Origin: Oligoflexales bacterium
GTDB lineage: Bacteria; Bdellovibrionota_B; Oligoflexia; Oligoflexales; Bog-1112
NCBI GenBank assembly: GCA_045105515.1
Contig: JBGCDR010000131.1
Location: 1 to 64,000 of the forward strand
Length of the DNA stretch: 64,000 nt
Direction: 5' to 3'
Both the position numbers and the translations under genes were made by a program. Positions 40,785 to 50,626 of the stretch are shown here, piece by piece; the first letter of the stretch is position 1, and each line of letters starts with the position of its first letter. A model generated the notes under the pieces. It did no database searches and was not told where the DNA came from. It saw only the letters and a list, made by a program, of their open reading frames with translations.

Positions 40785-42452
40785 GTCGCTGGTGCGTAAT
40801 ATAAAATATTTTAAATAGATAAACGTGGATCGCGGAGATTTTGTAATGGCTACAAATAGGGGTTTTTAAAAAAAGTACTTAATTAAATTCAAATATTGTG
40901 CTGCATCTATAGAGATGGAAAATAACATAAAGCACCAAAATTATGAGTATCTCTCGTCTAGGTTTAAACGACAAGACCGAAACTTCTGCAATAACAATTT
41001 TTCCCAGCAGCAATCATCCTCTGATCAAGATAGCGCAGATTATTCCTTGGGGGGAGATGGGAGAAATCGTTATTGCAGATCTAAAAAAGACTACCAAAAA
41101 AGGTTTTTAAACCTTGGCAACAAGCTCTACCTACGGGTTCATTTAGCCCTTTACCTTTTGCAGAAGATGACCGACAAAACCGATCGAGCACTCGAATGGG
41201 AAGTCAACGACAATGCAGTTTATCAAATATTTTGTGGATTAAATGTAACCCCCTTAAAACGGTGTCCCGATCATACGAATATCCAAAGATTTCGCTCTCG
41301 ATTAAGTCCAGAAATTCAAAGAAAATTAGCCAACATGCTTCCCAAAGTTGCCACGGAACTTGGGTTTGCAGATCCTTCAAAAGCAGATTTCGACTCAACA
41401 ATACAAGAGCCAAACATGGCATATCCATCAGATGCGAATATGTTAATGCAACTTGCTGGCCATGCCCACAAATTTGCAGAATATTTCAAAAATCATATGC
41501 CAATAACCAAGAAAGTAATCAATCCTATCTTGATAAACATCAAGAAAGTAAAAGGAAAATTGAAGGAATACCTTTTTATAGCCAAGAAGAAGTCCGAAGA
41601 AAAAAAAGAAAAGTTAAAAGAGTTTATAGAGCTTGCGAGTCAAGAAATCAGCAAGGTTTCTCAAGTGCATCTAACCGAGAAATGTATGGAGCGCATGCCG
41701 CAGGGGGTTTCTCAGTCCTTCAGAAAGGTGAAAGAGCTCTCAAAAAAAATGTTCGAACAAGCTCATTATTACTTGGAGCACGGAAAAGCCTGCAAAGACC
41801 GACTATATTCGCTACATGCAATAGCAGTTACTTGTTTCAACAAGAACAAACTCGGGAAAAAATGGCAATTTGGTCGAGCATTTCAATTGGCTCGAGTAAA
41901 GGGAAATTTTATGTTTGTAGGCAAATGTACGAATGTACTCATGACAGACAAAAGCTCTGTAATTCCAATGATAGAGGAGCATCAACGTCTTTTTGGAAAA
42001 AATCGACTCGAATCCGCCTCATGGGACAAAGGATATTTCAAGGGTACAAACAAGAAATTTTTAGACAATTTAGAGTCCTTAAAGGACTTTGCATTACAGA
42101 AGCCTGGACAAGCTATAGAAGCTATAGATCAAAAGAAACAAGAGGCATACCTCCACCTAGTCAATCGACGATCTGGAGTGGAACCTTGTATCGGGCATGT
42201 GAAAAATGGAGGGCAATTAAAACGAAGCAGAATGAAATCCGACAAAACAACTCTCGCAGCTGGATATGGGGCTGTTACGGGATACAATCTCCGTATGTTA
42301 ATCCGTCATCAGTTAGGAAAAAAAATCAGTTCAATGTAGAAAGTGACGAGATAGAAAAACATTCAGAATTAAAAAAGTGGAAAAGAAGGAGTTAAAATGA
42401 AAAGACCTTAGAAGTACTGATAATAATGGGTTTTATATTACGCACCAGCGAC
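40785..42452 (+). mobile_element. Insertion sequence (IS5-like DDE), 1668 bp
   Basis: Perfect 22-bp IR GTCGCTGGTGCGTAATATAAAA (40785-40806 / 42431-42452); 6-bp TSD TATATT (40779-40784 / 42453-42458). Confidence 0.93.
40943..42339 (+). CDS. DDE transposase encoded across a -1 frameshift
   Basis: ORF A 40943-41110 (HPLIKIAQIIPW) joins in the -1 frame to a body with DST, DKGY and R..VEP.IGH.K motifs. Confidence 0.8.
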
Positions 42453-42538
42453 TATATTAGGATGGTTGTGTCTCATGAAACGGTCCTTTCAGTCATTTAC
42501 CTACAGCTCCACAAGATGCTTTGTTCAGATTGAGTATA

Positions 42539-45115
42539 TCAGTTGGATTCTTTTTCTGAAAGAACAAGGAATTGCAAAGCATCCCATTTATTAGGATGCT
42601 TTTTGAAAGCTTCCAATACTGCCATCGTGTCCGGTGCATTTGAGGGACTCATCCAGCGATCGTACTTGGTTTGCCTGTAGCGAAATGCTCCCTGTTTGGT
42701 CTTGCTCTTGTTCATGTAATAGATGTCGGCATACTGACCCTTCTTTGTCCTGAGGGAGCGGATGATTTCCTTGTTGGCTCCATCGAGCAAAGATGATTTT
42801 TCAGAAATGTAGTCCACATTGTCAGAACTCATTTGCATAAACACAAAGTTATCTGCAACGCCCCAAAAAGCCTTTCCAACCTCAAGATCGAAGTAATTTT
42901 GTGGTCTAGGTGTTAACGTGATCAACCAACATCCGCGTTTACGCATGGTCTCTGCAAAATCGATCGCGAAGTCGCGAAAAGCTGGATTATTACGCCCAAG
43001 CATGGCGAATTCTTCCATCACAAGAATACCTTGTCTCCCCTGATTCTGCGGCAGGCTCAAAATGCATCGGATTTCTTCGATAACAGCCATGGTCATTAGA
43101 GTTTGTAGGGTTGGATCGTTGTCCAAGGCATCGAGGTCATAGACATAGAACAGGGTTTGTTTATCCAGACTTTCCGATTTTCCAAGAGTAAAAAATGATG
43201 CATAGGTGCCATCACCGTAAAAGGGTTTTAGCTTTGAAACAAGGGTTTCAATAAGTTCTTTATCTCGACTATTTTTTCCTTGTACTAAACTCCCAAGTTC
43301 CACTACAAAATCATTCATATCGATGGCCACTGGCTGGTTATTCTTTTGTTTGACGAACTCCCCGTCCACAAATTCAAGGCCATGCCTATCAAATTTCTTG
43401 AGGTAGGCAATTTTCAGTGCTTTATTAATCAAGGTCTGATGCTCACTTTCCACTGCGAAACTTGGAGAAGTGAGTTTGAGAGCCATGGTGATCATTTTTG
43501 TTAGGAAAGCGATCTTTTCTTCGTTGTAGATCCCTCTAAAAGGTGAAAATGGAATCTGTTGATCTCTTTTAAATATCGTCAAATCACCGTCGTAGTATTG
43601 GCTCAACATTCCATAGGAAGATTTTTTATCAATGATAAATACAATGGGTTCAGGATCAATCTTCTTGATGGATTGTAGCCAATCTACCACAAAGGCGGAT
43701 TTACCAGATCCAGTATCAGCAAGGATCACCGTGTGGTTAGATGTTTCATTTTCCAGAAGAGAAAAGGGTATGAGGTTGTTTTCTCTTGAAAGATGAATTC
43801 CAATTGGTTGTTGAAACCCTCTAAAGGAATCGAAGAGAGGAATAAAGTTAGCACAATCCGATCTTAGGATTCGAATGGCTCTACGAGTAGAAAAATCAGC
43901 GTCAGGTGTATAGTTTAGGGGCAAAGCATTGGCCCACAAACCTAAGCCGATATCTGTTTCCTCAATGATTTCACATTCAAGATGATTGTGAAAAATGTGG
44001 CAAATCTTGCGGGTTTTGTCCTCCAATTTTTCATCGGTTTCACCATCGACGATAATGCAAAAGGTCATGTGTAAAACTCGATCATCCCGAGCAAGCCTTT
44101 CTTGAACGTTTCTTATTTCCTCCTTTTGAACCTTTGCCTTCGGTGTTGCGGCATTCTCAAGAAAAAATTCTTTCGTTCCAAGAAATTTTTTTACGCTTTG
44201 AGGGCTAGGGAATGAAATATTGATGGCAATACGGAATGGAAAATCAAGACCTACAAAATAGGCCATACCACCAGGATAAGCGTAAGAAGGAGATGTTTTT
44301 AGGCTGAGAACCCGTGATCTAATGCCTTCAGTTTCAATTCCTTGATATTCTAGCTTTGGCGTGCTGAAAATGAGTTGTTCTGATATGGGGAGATTTTTAT
44401 TGAGTGGGGCAAAACTCCTTTTAAAGCAAGATTTAGGATTAAAAAACCGTCTTAAATTGTGAACCAAGGCTTCATCATCCAAGGTGCTAATCGATAGCTC
44501 AGAGTTTTCTTGAAAATCCTTGAGTAAATGATTGAAGCTGTCCAGTTCTGCTCGTAATCTTTCGGTCTCCTTCTTCAAGAGCTTATGGTCATCACTAAGA
44601 TCCTTTAACTTGATAGAAGTGCCTTTCTGCAAGAAATATCGAACTGATACTAGCAAGTTGCGCTTGAGCGGGCTTGTAGGAGAAGAGCTAGAGCAAGCTT
44701 CCATCAAGAGTTTTGATTTTTCCCCATACAGCAGTTTTGATACTGGATGAGATTTTTTAAAGCTAGTATCCAGTCCGGCAATTTCAGGATCAAGAGGCGA
44801 ATAGTAGGAGCAATCGTAGAGAATCTGTAACGCACAGTTTTCTCGCAATGAAAACCAGTTCTTGATGGAATCAACCGCTCTAATGATCTGTTTTTCTGTC
44901 ATGGGCTCATGTTCAAGAAGCTTAATTTTAAAAACAGCACCTAAGGAACCGTCTTTCATTTGAAAAATCTTATATGCTGGAAGGTAGTCTTCATATGGAA
45001 GCAGAGCTCCAAGGGATTCAGGCCGTTCAAATAGCCCCTTGGTAAAACTTTCACGTTTGTTGAGCGCAGCCTCGATTTCTTTTGGTAGGCTTGTTTTAGT
45101 CATGCCTACCTCCAT
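42539..45115 (-). CDS. traC: TraC/VirB4-like T4SS ATPase
   Basis: LLPY N-terminus; ADTGSGKS, IIDKKSSY, EEF and MRKRG motifs; 858 aa. Confidence 0.88.
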   Translation of the reverse strand: MEVGMTKTSLPKEIEAALNKRESFTKGLFERPESLGALLPYEDYLPAYKIFQMKDGSLGAVFKIKLLEHEPMTEKQIIRAVDSIKNWFSLRENCALQILYDCSYYSPLDPEIAGLDTSFKKSHPVSKLLYGEKSKLLMEACSSSSPTSPLKRNLLVSVRYFLQKGTSIKLKDLSDDHKLLKKETERLRAELDSFNHLLKDFQENSELSISTLDDEALVHNLRRFFNPKSCFKRSFAPLNKNLPISEQLIFSTPKLEYQGIETEGIRSRVLSLKTSPSYAYPGGMAYFVGLDFPFRIAINISFPSPQSVKKFLGTKEFFLENAATPKAKVQKEEIRNVQERLARDDRVLHMTFCIIVDGETDEKLEDKTRKICHIFHNHLECEIIEETDIGLGLWANALPLNYTPDADFSTRRAIRILRSDCANFIPLFDSFRGFQQPIGIHLSRENNLIPFSLLENETSNHTVILADTGSGKSAFVVDWLQSIKKIDPEPIVFIIDKKSSYGMLSQYYDGDLTIFKRDQQIPFSPFRGIYNEEKIAFLTKMITMALKLTSPSFAVESEHQTLINKALKIAYLKKFDRHGLEFVDGEFVKQKNNQPVAIDMNDFVVELGSLVQGKNSRDKELIETLVSKLKPFYGDGTYASFFTLGKSESLDKQTLFYVYDLDALDNDPTLQTLMTMAVIEEIRCILSLPQNQGRQGILVMEEFAMLGRNNPAFRDFAIDFAETMRKRGCWLITLTPRPQNYFDLEVGKAFWGVADNFVFMQMSSDNVDYISEKSSLLDGANKEIIRSLRTKKGQYADIYYMNKSKTKQGAFRYRQTKYDRWMSPSNAPDTMAVLEAFKKHPNKWDALQFLVLSEKESN

Positions 45116-45461
45116 GGATATGCCCTGGTGCTTTTTTCTTTCTGGGCTTTTTGATGACGAGAGGCTTTAGTTTTTCAGCTACTTGCCAGTGTGACCTTGT
45201 TACAACGGTTCGAACCCATCCACCGCGAAAATAATCACCATTGGGTAGCTCATGGGGGTGCACCCAGATATCAGCGATATGAGGCTTAGTCCTAACAGGC
45301 ACCAACAAGGGGTGGTCCACCTCATCAAGAGCCTCTTTGATTTGACCTACATTGTCGTAGTCTGATCGCTTTTCAAGAAGGTTAAGGCTGGGCGCTCTGT
45401 TCATCGCGCATGAGTTTAGAGCTAGGATTGCTGTGCATCCTAGTAGCTTGAAGTGAATCAT
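45096..45461 (-). CDS. traV: TraV-like lipoprotein
   Basis: Lipobox LNSC; P.RT.P..A.IWV.P...NGD motif. Confidence 0.75.
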   Translation of the reverse strand: MIHFKLLGCTAILALNSCAMNRAPSLNLLEKRSDYDNVGQIKEALDEVDHPLLVPVRTKPHIADIWVHPHELPNGDYFRGGWVRTVVTRSHWQVAEKLKPLVIKKPRKKKAPGHIHGGRHD

Positions 45462-45470
45462 CGGTGACCC

Positions 45471-46706
45471 CTATTTTAAAAGATTGCTAAGAAATGAGAT
45501 CCCACCTCGTTGGTCGAAATGGCGATTAAAATACCAATTGGGAAGAGAAACTGGCTCTTGAATGATGAGCCAAACTTCTTGGCCTGAGCCTACATTGATG
45601 GTTGGAAGGAGTTTTTCTGCATGTTTGAGATACCAGTTAGTAACTGTTGCCGCTGCGTTGCTAGCACCAGAAGCTGCTATATATCGGCCTTGGGAGCCGG
45701 TGATGTTCATCGTAGAGCCGCCATTTGAACCCATTGTCGTGGTAGTCTGGGCCTGACTCACAGCTTTGCCGATGCCATCGACGACTGATGCCAGAAAGGC
45801 CATACTTGCCACTCTGTCCTGTTTACTATTGAGTGCACCCATCACAGCAAAGGAGTTGTCTTTGCCATCCGCAATATAGCCGCTCAACTTCCTCTCAAAC
45901 GACCTCCCTGATTTAGAGACGCAAGAAATTTTGGTGGCCTGCATTTCAACCCGTTCAATGGACATGTTGCCAGTAGACTTTGCAATAATGAAGCACCCCG
46001 ACAGATCAATACGACTCTTATTTGGTCCAATAAAGGCATAATCAGCCTGAAGAAGCACTGGGAGTGCCTTGCCTTCGGGGGCTTCAATTCCAGTGAGCAG
46101 CTTTGCTTTCACGAAGGATCCCGAAGGAAGCCTAACTCCAAGCTTGGCTGGTGTTTTACTTGCTTGAACCGGAAAAGAAATGATTTCTGGGCCTTTTCTC
46201 TTTGTGCGCTTGCGCCTCTTTGAGGATTTCGAGGCAGAGGTGACAGTCGATGGTCCGTTAGAAACAATTGTCGTAGGAAAATTCTTCAAAGCATTTGAAA
46301 ATTCTGGTGTTGAGAGAGGAGAAAGTGCTTCCCTTTGTTTAGTCCCCATATCCGTGGTAAGTGGCTCTTTATTTTCTGCTCTGGGAGTATCCCGTTTGTT
46401 AGCAAGTAATTTTTCATATTTGGCTATGATCGCTGTTATGGATTCCAGTTTTTCCTCAAGATCCTCGACCTTATCGTTGTAAATTTTGTCCTTTCTTTTG
46501 TAGAGGTCATTGTTTCTAGAAATGACCCTTCCTGAGTTGAAACTATGCTCCTTATTTTGGTATGTGATAATCTTAGTGTCATGGTGTTTGCTGAATAGAT
46601 ATGTAGCTAAAAGTAGTATAAATCCTAAGGCCAAGAGTAAAATACCAGGTTTCTCACGGACTTTTAGAATCGCCTGCAGTAGGTCAGACTTATTAAGATA
46701 TTTCAT
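45471..46706 (-). CDS. traB: TraB/VirB10-like T4SS core protein
   Basis: Single TM, coiled coil; LPSGSFVKAKLLTGIEA and DLSGCFI motifs. Confidence 0.85.
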   Translation of the reverse strand: MKYLNKSDLLQAILKVREKPGILLLALGFILLLATYLFSKHHDTKIITYQNKEHSFNSGRVISRNNDLYKRKDKIYNDKVEDLEEKLESITAIIAKYEKLLANKRDTPRAENKEPLTTDMGTKQREALSPLSTPEFSNALKNFPTTIVSNGPSTVTSASKSSKRRKRTKRKGPEIISFPVQASKTPAKLGVRLPSGSFVKAKLLTGIEAPEGKALPVLLQADYAFIGPNKSRIDLSGCFIIAKSTGNMSIERVEMQATKISCVSKSGRSFERKLSGYIADGKDNSFAVMGALNSKQDRVASMAFLASVVDGIGKAVSQAQTTTTMGSNGGSTMNITGSQGRYIAASGASNAAATVTNWYLKHAEKLLPTINVGSGQEVWLIIQEPVSLPNWYFNRHFDQRGGISFLSNLLK

Positions 46707-46715
46707 GATGACCTC

Positions 46716-47498
46716 TTACTTACTATTTGTGATAGGAGCTACAGGTAAACTGATGGAATAGTAAACCGAAGTGGGCTTGGCTACGATTCGCAATAGTGTC
46801 GAATTGAGCTGAGGCTCTTGTTTTTGCTTTGGGTAAAGGATATTGGAATCAGATTGCGATAATAAGGCTACATTGGGTCTCCCCAAGGTAAGACTCTTGA
46901 CATCAAGGGCATAGGTTTTGTCTTTGCTGTTGTTGGTCACTTTAAAAATATACCCGTGGAACTTTGGTCCAGTGTAAACCTTTACTAAACGAGCGGTAAT
47001 ACCATCAATTCCAGTCCTAACCGTTTGACTAAGAGTGCGTGCTTTGTAGCCAATGACGCGATCCACTCGGATCATAGCCTTCATCAACTCGACCTCGGAA
47101 ACACTGCCTCCTCGACTCGATCTTGCAATAGGATCAATGCGGAGGCTTTTGGCCTTGAGATCATAGAAAGTATTGGTTGTTTCATGAAGTTTAGAAACTA
47201 CTGTGTTGAGCTTGGCATTGACCACCACATCATTTGCTAAGATGAAAGTAACGTTACTACGAGCCTTCTTTGAACGAGGCTTAATGGAAAGGATTCGGTA
47301 ATCTGGCTTATTGGGATCTGCTGGCTTGATCTCAAATTTACTGGCCTGGGTGATCGTCTTAACTTCCTCGTCAAAGCGAAGAAGCGTCGAAACTCCATAG
47401 GATATACTGATATTTTCCCTTTCAGAACCATAGTAAATAGTTTTTGCTTGAACCGAGGAACAGAGCAGCATTGCTAGTAACGGAATGACTTTTGTCAT
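46716..47498 (-). CDS. traK: TraK/VirB9-like protein
   Basis: Signal peptide; ELMKAM motif; position between traE and traB. Confidence 0.65.
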   Translation of the reverse strand: MTKVIPLLAMLLCSSVQAKTIYYGSERENISISYGVSTLLRFDEEVKTITQASKFEIKPADPNKPDYRILSIKPRSKKARSNVTFILANDVVVNAKLNTVVSKLHETTNTFYDLKAKSLRIDPIARSSRGGSVSEVELMKAMIRVDRVIGYKARTLSQTVRTGIDGITARLVKVYTGPKFHGYIFKVTNNSKDKTYALDVKSLTLGRPNVALLSQSDSNILYPKQKQEPQLNSTLLRIVAKPTSVYYSISLPVAPITNSK

Positions 47499-47510
47499 AC
47501 CTACTCCTTA

Positions 47511-48224
47511 CTATTGAGGTTTTGAGATCGTTTTGCGGGTCTGAAAGCTTTCTAACTTAGACCAAGACAAGGAGGTTATTTGAAGATACCAGCGTTTTTC
47601 TCGATCTGGTGGCACCAACTTGATGGTCATTTCAACAACTTGATCTTCATGTCCTAGGGATTGTCCAGAAGCATAGAAATCAGCTCGAACGAATGCTGTA
47701 ATAGAGTAATAGCCATCAGAATTGGAAATGATCTTCTTGCTTTTAACTCGGAAAATTTGTGCTAGATCTTCATGCTTTGTCTGCTGAATCCACTCCTTGG
47801 AATCGGCAGCAAACTGAATTTTGAGTTCAGGACTCATGAACCGCTTCAAGGACTCATATTGTTCCGTGATGATATGGGCATTGATATTTCCAAGGGTGCT
47901 CAAGAAATCATTCACAGCATCGTTGACATACGAATCTGGCACAGACTGAGGAGTAGCTGTAGTAAAATCCAGAACCCCAGGGGCTAAAATGTATTCCTTT
48001 ACCCGTAACTGTTTGTATAGTGATGATATTTCCATCCTTGAAATTGCAAAATAGCCAATAAAGAGCAGAGCCAGCAGACCCAGGAGGTAAGTGAGGATAA
48101 GCTTTTCTCGAAGAAGTGCTGCTCGATAAGAAATGTACTTAGGTAATGATTGAAAATTGGTCTTTGATTTGTTTGGTGGATCGCTTGTTTGTTTATGGAA
48201 GTTTTTTTCTTTTGGTCCAATCAT
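47511..48224 (-). CDS. traE: TraE/VirB8-like protein
   Basis: Single TM then NTF2-like pattern; position after traL. Confidence 0.65.
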   Translation of the reverse strand: MIGPKEKNFHKQTSDPPNKSKTNFQSLPKYISYRAALLREKLILTYLLGLLALLFIGYFAISRMEISSLYKQLRVKEYILAPGVLDFTTATPQSVPDSYVNDAVNDFLSTLGNINAHIITEQYESLKRFMSPELKIQFAADSKEWIQQTKHEDLAQIFRVKSKKIISNSDGYYSITAFVRADFYASGQSLGHEDQVVEMTIKLVPPDREKRWYLQITSLSWSKLESFQTRKTISKPQ

Positions 48225-48232
48225 TTAGGCTC

Positions 48233-48544
48233 CTAATCTGAGTATTTTTTCTTTCCCCCTGGATTGATAATACCGGGAAGATTCATTCCAAAATTCTTGT
48301 AGGGGTAGTGAAAGTAGATCCCTTTTTTGTTTCGTCTTCTGACATAGGGGCCGACACCTAACGTAAAGATCATTGATAGCAGCATCAGCTGCCAGGAATT
48401 GATGACGATGCCAAATAACAACAATGCCGCTAGGGCGGCGAAGACTTCCCCAAGTTCGAAATAATCAAAGACTGTTATGGGCTTGTCGACAGTTTGTGAT
48501 ACTTTCGTGGAGTACTTCTGCCTCATTGAATCGTAGTTATGCAT
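48233..48544 (-). CDS. traL: TraL/VirB3-like protein
   Basis: VDKPITVFDYFELGE, two TMs, G..FHY..K.FG pattern. Confidence 0.7.
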   Translation of the reverse strand: MHNYDSMRQKYSTKVSQTVDKPITVFDYFELGEVFAALAALLLFGIVINSWQLMLLSMIFTLGVGPYVRRRNKKGIYFHYPYKNFGMNLPGIINPGGKKKYSD

Positions 48545-48698
48545 TTAATCTCCTGTACGGGAATGGGATCCTCCATGTATTTATATGGGCATCTTTCTGG
48601 CTCTTGAAAAGCTTGAGTAGACGTGGTTTAGTTTAAAATTGGTTTAAACGATTGCGGTGAAGTTTTTGCCAGAAAACACTGCCGATGGGTGAGCAAAC

Positions 48699-49679
48699 AT
48701 GAAAAAAAAGTTTTTAGGCGTTAGCTATTTTGTGCTTTTTGGGCTTGTTGCAGCATATGCATTTGAGCGATGGGCGGTGCGATCAGAACTTGAAACATTA
48801 AAAGTAAAAGGGGAACTGATTAAAGTTGAGGGTGCTTCGATGCATATTCAATGTCTTGGATCTGGGAGTCCAACAATAATTCTTGAGTCAGGACTGGGTT
48901 CTGACATGACATCTTGGGATAATATAGTTGGTCCAGTTAGCAAAATGACAAGAGTTTGCAGGTATGATAGGTCTGGGTATGGTTTAAGTGAAGCCAATCC
49001 TTCAGAAGCAACGATCGAGAATCAATCTCATCGTTTAAAAGAGCTTTTAAATGCTGCTAGCATAAAGGGACCCAAGATTCTAGTCGGTCACTCGGCCGGA
49101 GGACTCTACGCTCGTCATTTTGCTACGCTCGAACCAGCTGTTGTCGGTATGGTTCTCGTTGATGCTTCTGCAAGCCTTTCAAAAGAAGACTTCGAAAAAT
49201 TTTTCACAATACCAACTTCTTCCAAGATCAAAGGAAGACTTAATTTGATTGCCTCAAAGTTTGCATTAATCAGAGTGAAAAGTTGGTTTTTACCCAACCC
49301 TAAAGATATTCATCCAAAATGGTATCCAAATCAGAACATCTTTAGCAGTCGATACATTGAAGCTTTGTTTCAAGATGACAATATTTACTTAAGCGTTCTA
49401 TCCGCACCAGAGCCAGATCTTCACAATATTCCAATCGTAGTGATCTCAAGAGGGAAGAACATGATGAATAATGGCTCAAAAAAGAGCGTATTTGATATTG
49501 CTTGGGATGGTTGGCAAAAAAAACTACTCAATCTTTCATCGCATAGTTCGCAAATTATTGCTGAAGAGAGTGGGCATGGGATTCAAGACAATCAACCCGA
49601 ACTCATAGTAAATGCGATAGAGAGCCTTCTGAAAGAGGGTGCAACACCTCCAAGAGCGATAAACCACTTGAATCCTTGA
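48699..49679 (+). CDS. Alpha/beta hydrolase (cargo)
   Basis: YDRSGYG, GHSAGG and SGH motifs; N-terminal TM. Confidence 0.88.
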   Translation: MKKKFLGVSYFVLFGLVAAYAFERWAVRSELETLKVKGELIKVEGASMHIQCLGSGSPTIILESGLGSDMTSWDNIVGPVSKMTRVCRYDRSGYGLSEANPSEATIENQSHRLKELLNAASIKGPKILVGHSAGGLYARHFATLEPAVVGMVLVDASASLSKEDFEKFFTIPTSSKIKGRLNLIASKFALIRVKSWFLPNPKDIHPKWYPNQNIFSSRYIEALFQDDNIYLSVLSAPEPDLHNIPIVVISRGKNMMNNGSKKSVFDIAWDGWQKKLLNLSSHSSQIIAEESGHGIQDNQPELIVNAIESLLKEGATPPRAINHLNP

Positions 49680-49704
49680 GATCAAATAAGAAAGAAGAAA
49701 TGGC

Positions 49705-50202
49705 ATGGAAATAAGATTAGAAAATAGTGGCGATCATGAATCCATTCGAAATGTGAATGACAACGCTTTTGAAACATCCTCAGAATCTGAAATCGTGGAC
49801 AAACTACGATCTTTAGGTGAATTGTTACTGTCTTTGGTAGCAGTAGTTGATGGTGAAATTGTGGGTCATATAGCATTTAGCCCCATGAATATGAATGGTT
49901 TCAAGACGAAGTTTGTTGGACTCGGGCCAATGGCTGTTATCAGATCCCAACAGCGTTATGGAGTCGGATCCGCACTTGTAAAGGAAGGGATCAAAAATCT
50001 TAAGGAGCAGGGGTATTCAGCTGCTTTTGTGTTGGGGCATCCAGAATACTATCCTCGTTTCGGTTTTAAGCCTTCTTTTTCAAATTTTGAAATAAAGTCT
50101 AAGTACGATGTTCCTGATAACGTATTTATGGCATTTGAACTACAAGAGGGTGCCCTCTCGGGAGTATCTGGACTGGTTCAATACTCCAAAGCCTTTGGAT
50201 GA
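49705..50202 (+). CDS. GNAT N-acetyltransferase (YhbS-like, cargo)
   Basis: LGPMAV...QRYGVGSAL and VLGHPEYYPRFGF motifs. Confidence 0.9.
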   Translation: MEIRLENSGDHESIRNVNDNAFETSSESEIVDKLRSLGELLLSLVAVVDGEIVGHIAFSPMNMNGFKTKFVGLGPMAVIRSQQRYGVGSALVKEGIKNLKEQGYSAAFVLGHPEYYPRFGFKPSFSNFEIKSKYDVPDNVFMAFELQEGALSGVSGLVQYSKAFG

Positions 50203-50243
50203 CAATTACTTATTGAGCGGACGAAAAGCATACAGAATGAATC

Positions 50244-50617
50244 CTATTTCATGCTGTGGAAAATAGACCCTCCTCCTCCATCTGACATATCAAAGATGTT
50301 TTTAATCCACATAGGGACCGTTCCCATGATGATGGCTCCCATGATGCAAACGATGGCCATTGCAAAGCGCTGTTCCTTGAGGTTCCATCCAGCGCCAAGA
50401 ATAGCCATGCCTGCTAAGATCCTGGCACCAAATTTAAAGAGAAAGCTGTCTACGATATGAAGGAGCGTCCCGGCTGCGGTCAGCTTACTAATGTCATCGG
50501 ACCCAGGAATCGTGCCAGCAGCTAAGGCAATACCTGCATGGAGAAGTCCAAAGATAAAGATCATAGTTAAGGATGGAAACGACCATCCTAACGAAGGAAT
50601 TTTTTTTTTTTTGCCAT
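50244..50617 (-). CDS. traA: TraA/VirB2-like pilin, frameshifted at an A13 tract in the leader
   Basis: Signal peptide ending ALA plus two hydrophobic helices; RBS-linked ATG 50617 is out of frame with the body by one base. Confidence 0.6.
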
Positions 50618-50626
50618 AGGGCGCTC

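Noticed and set aside
40915..40942. ORF-track start of the transposase at 40915
   Set aside because: The first ~60 codons in that frame are not transposase-like; the IS5-like N-terminus is in the frame starting at 40943
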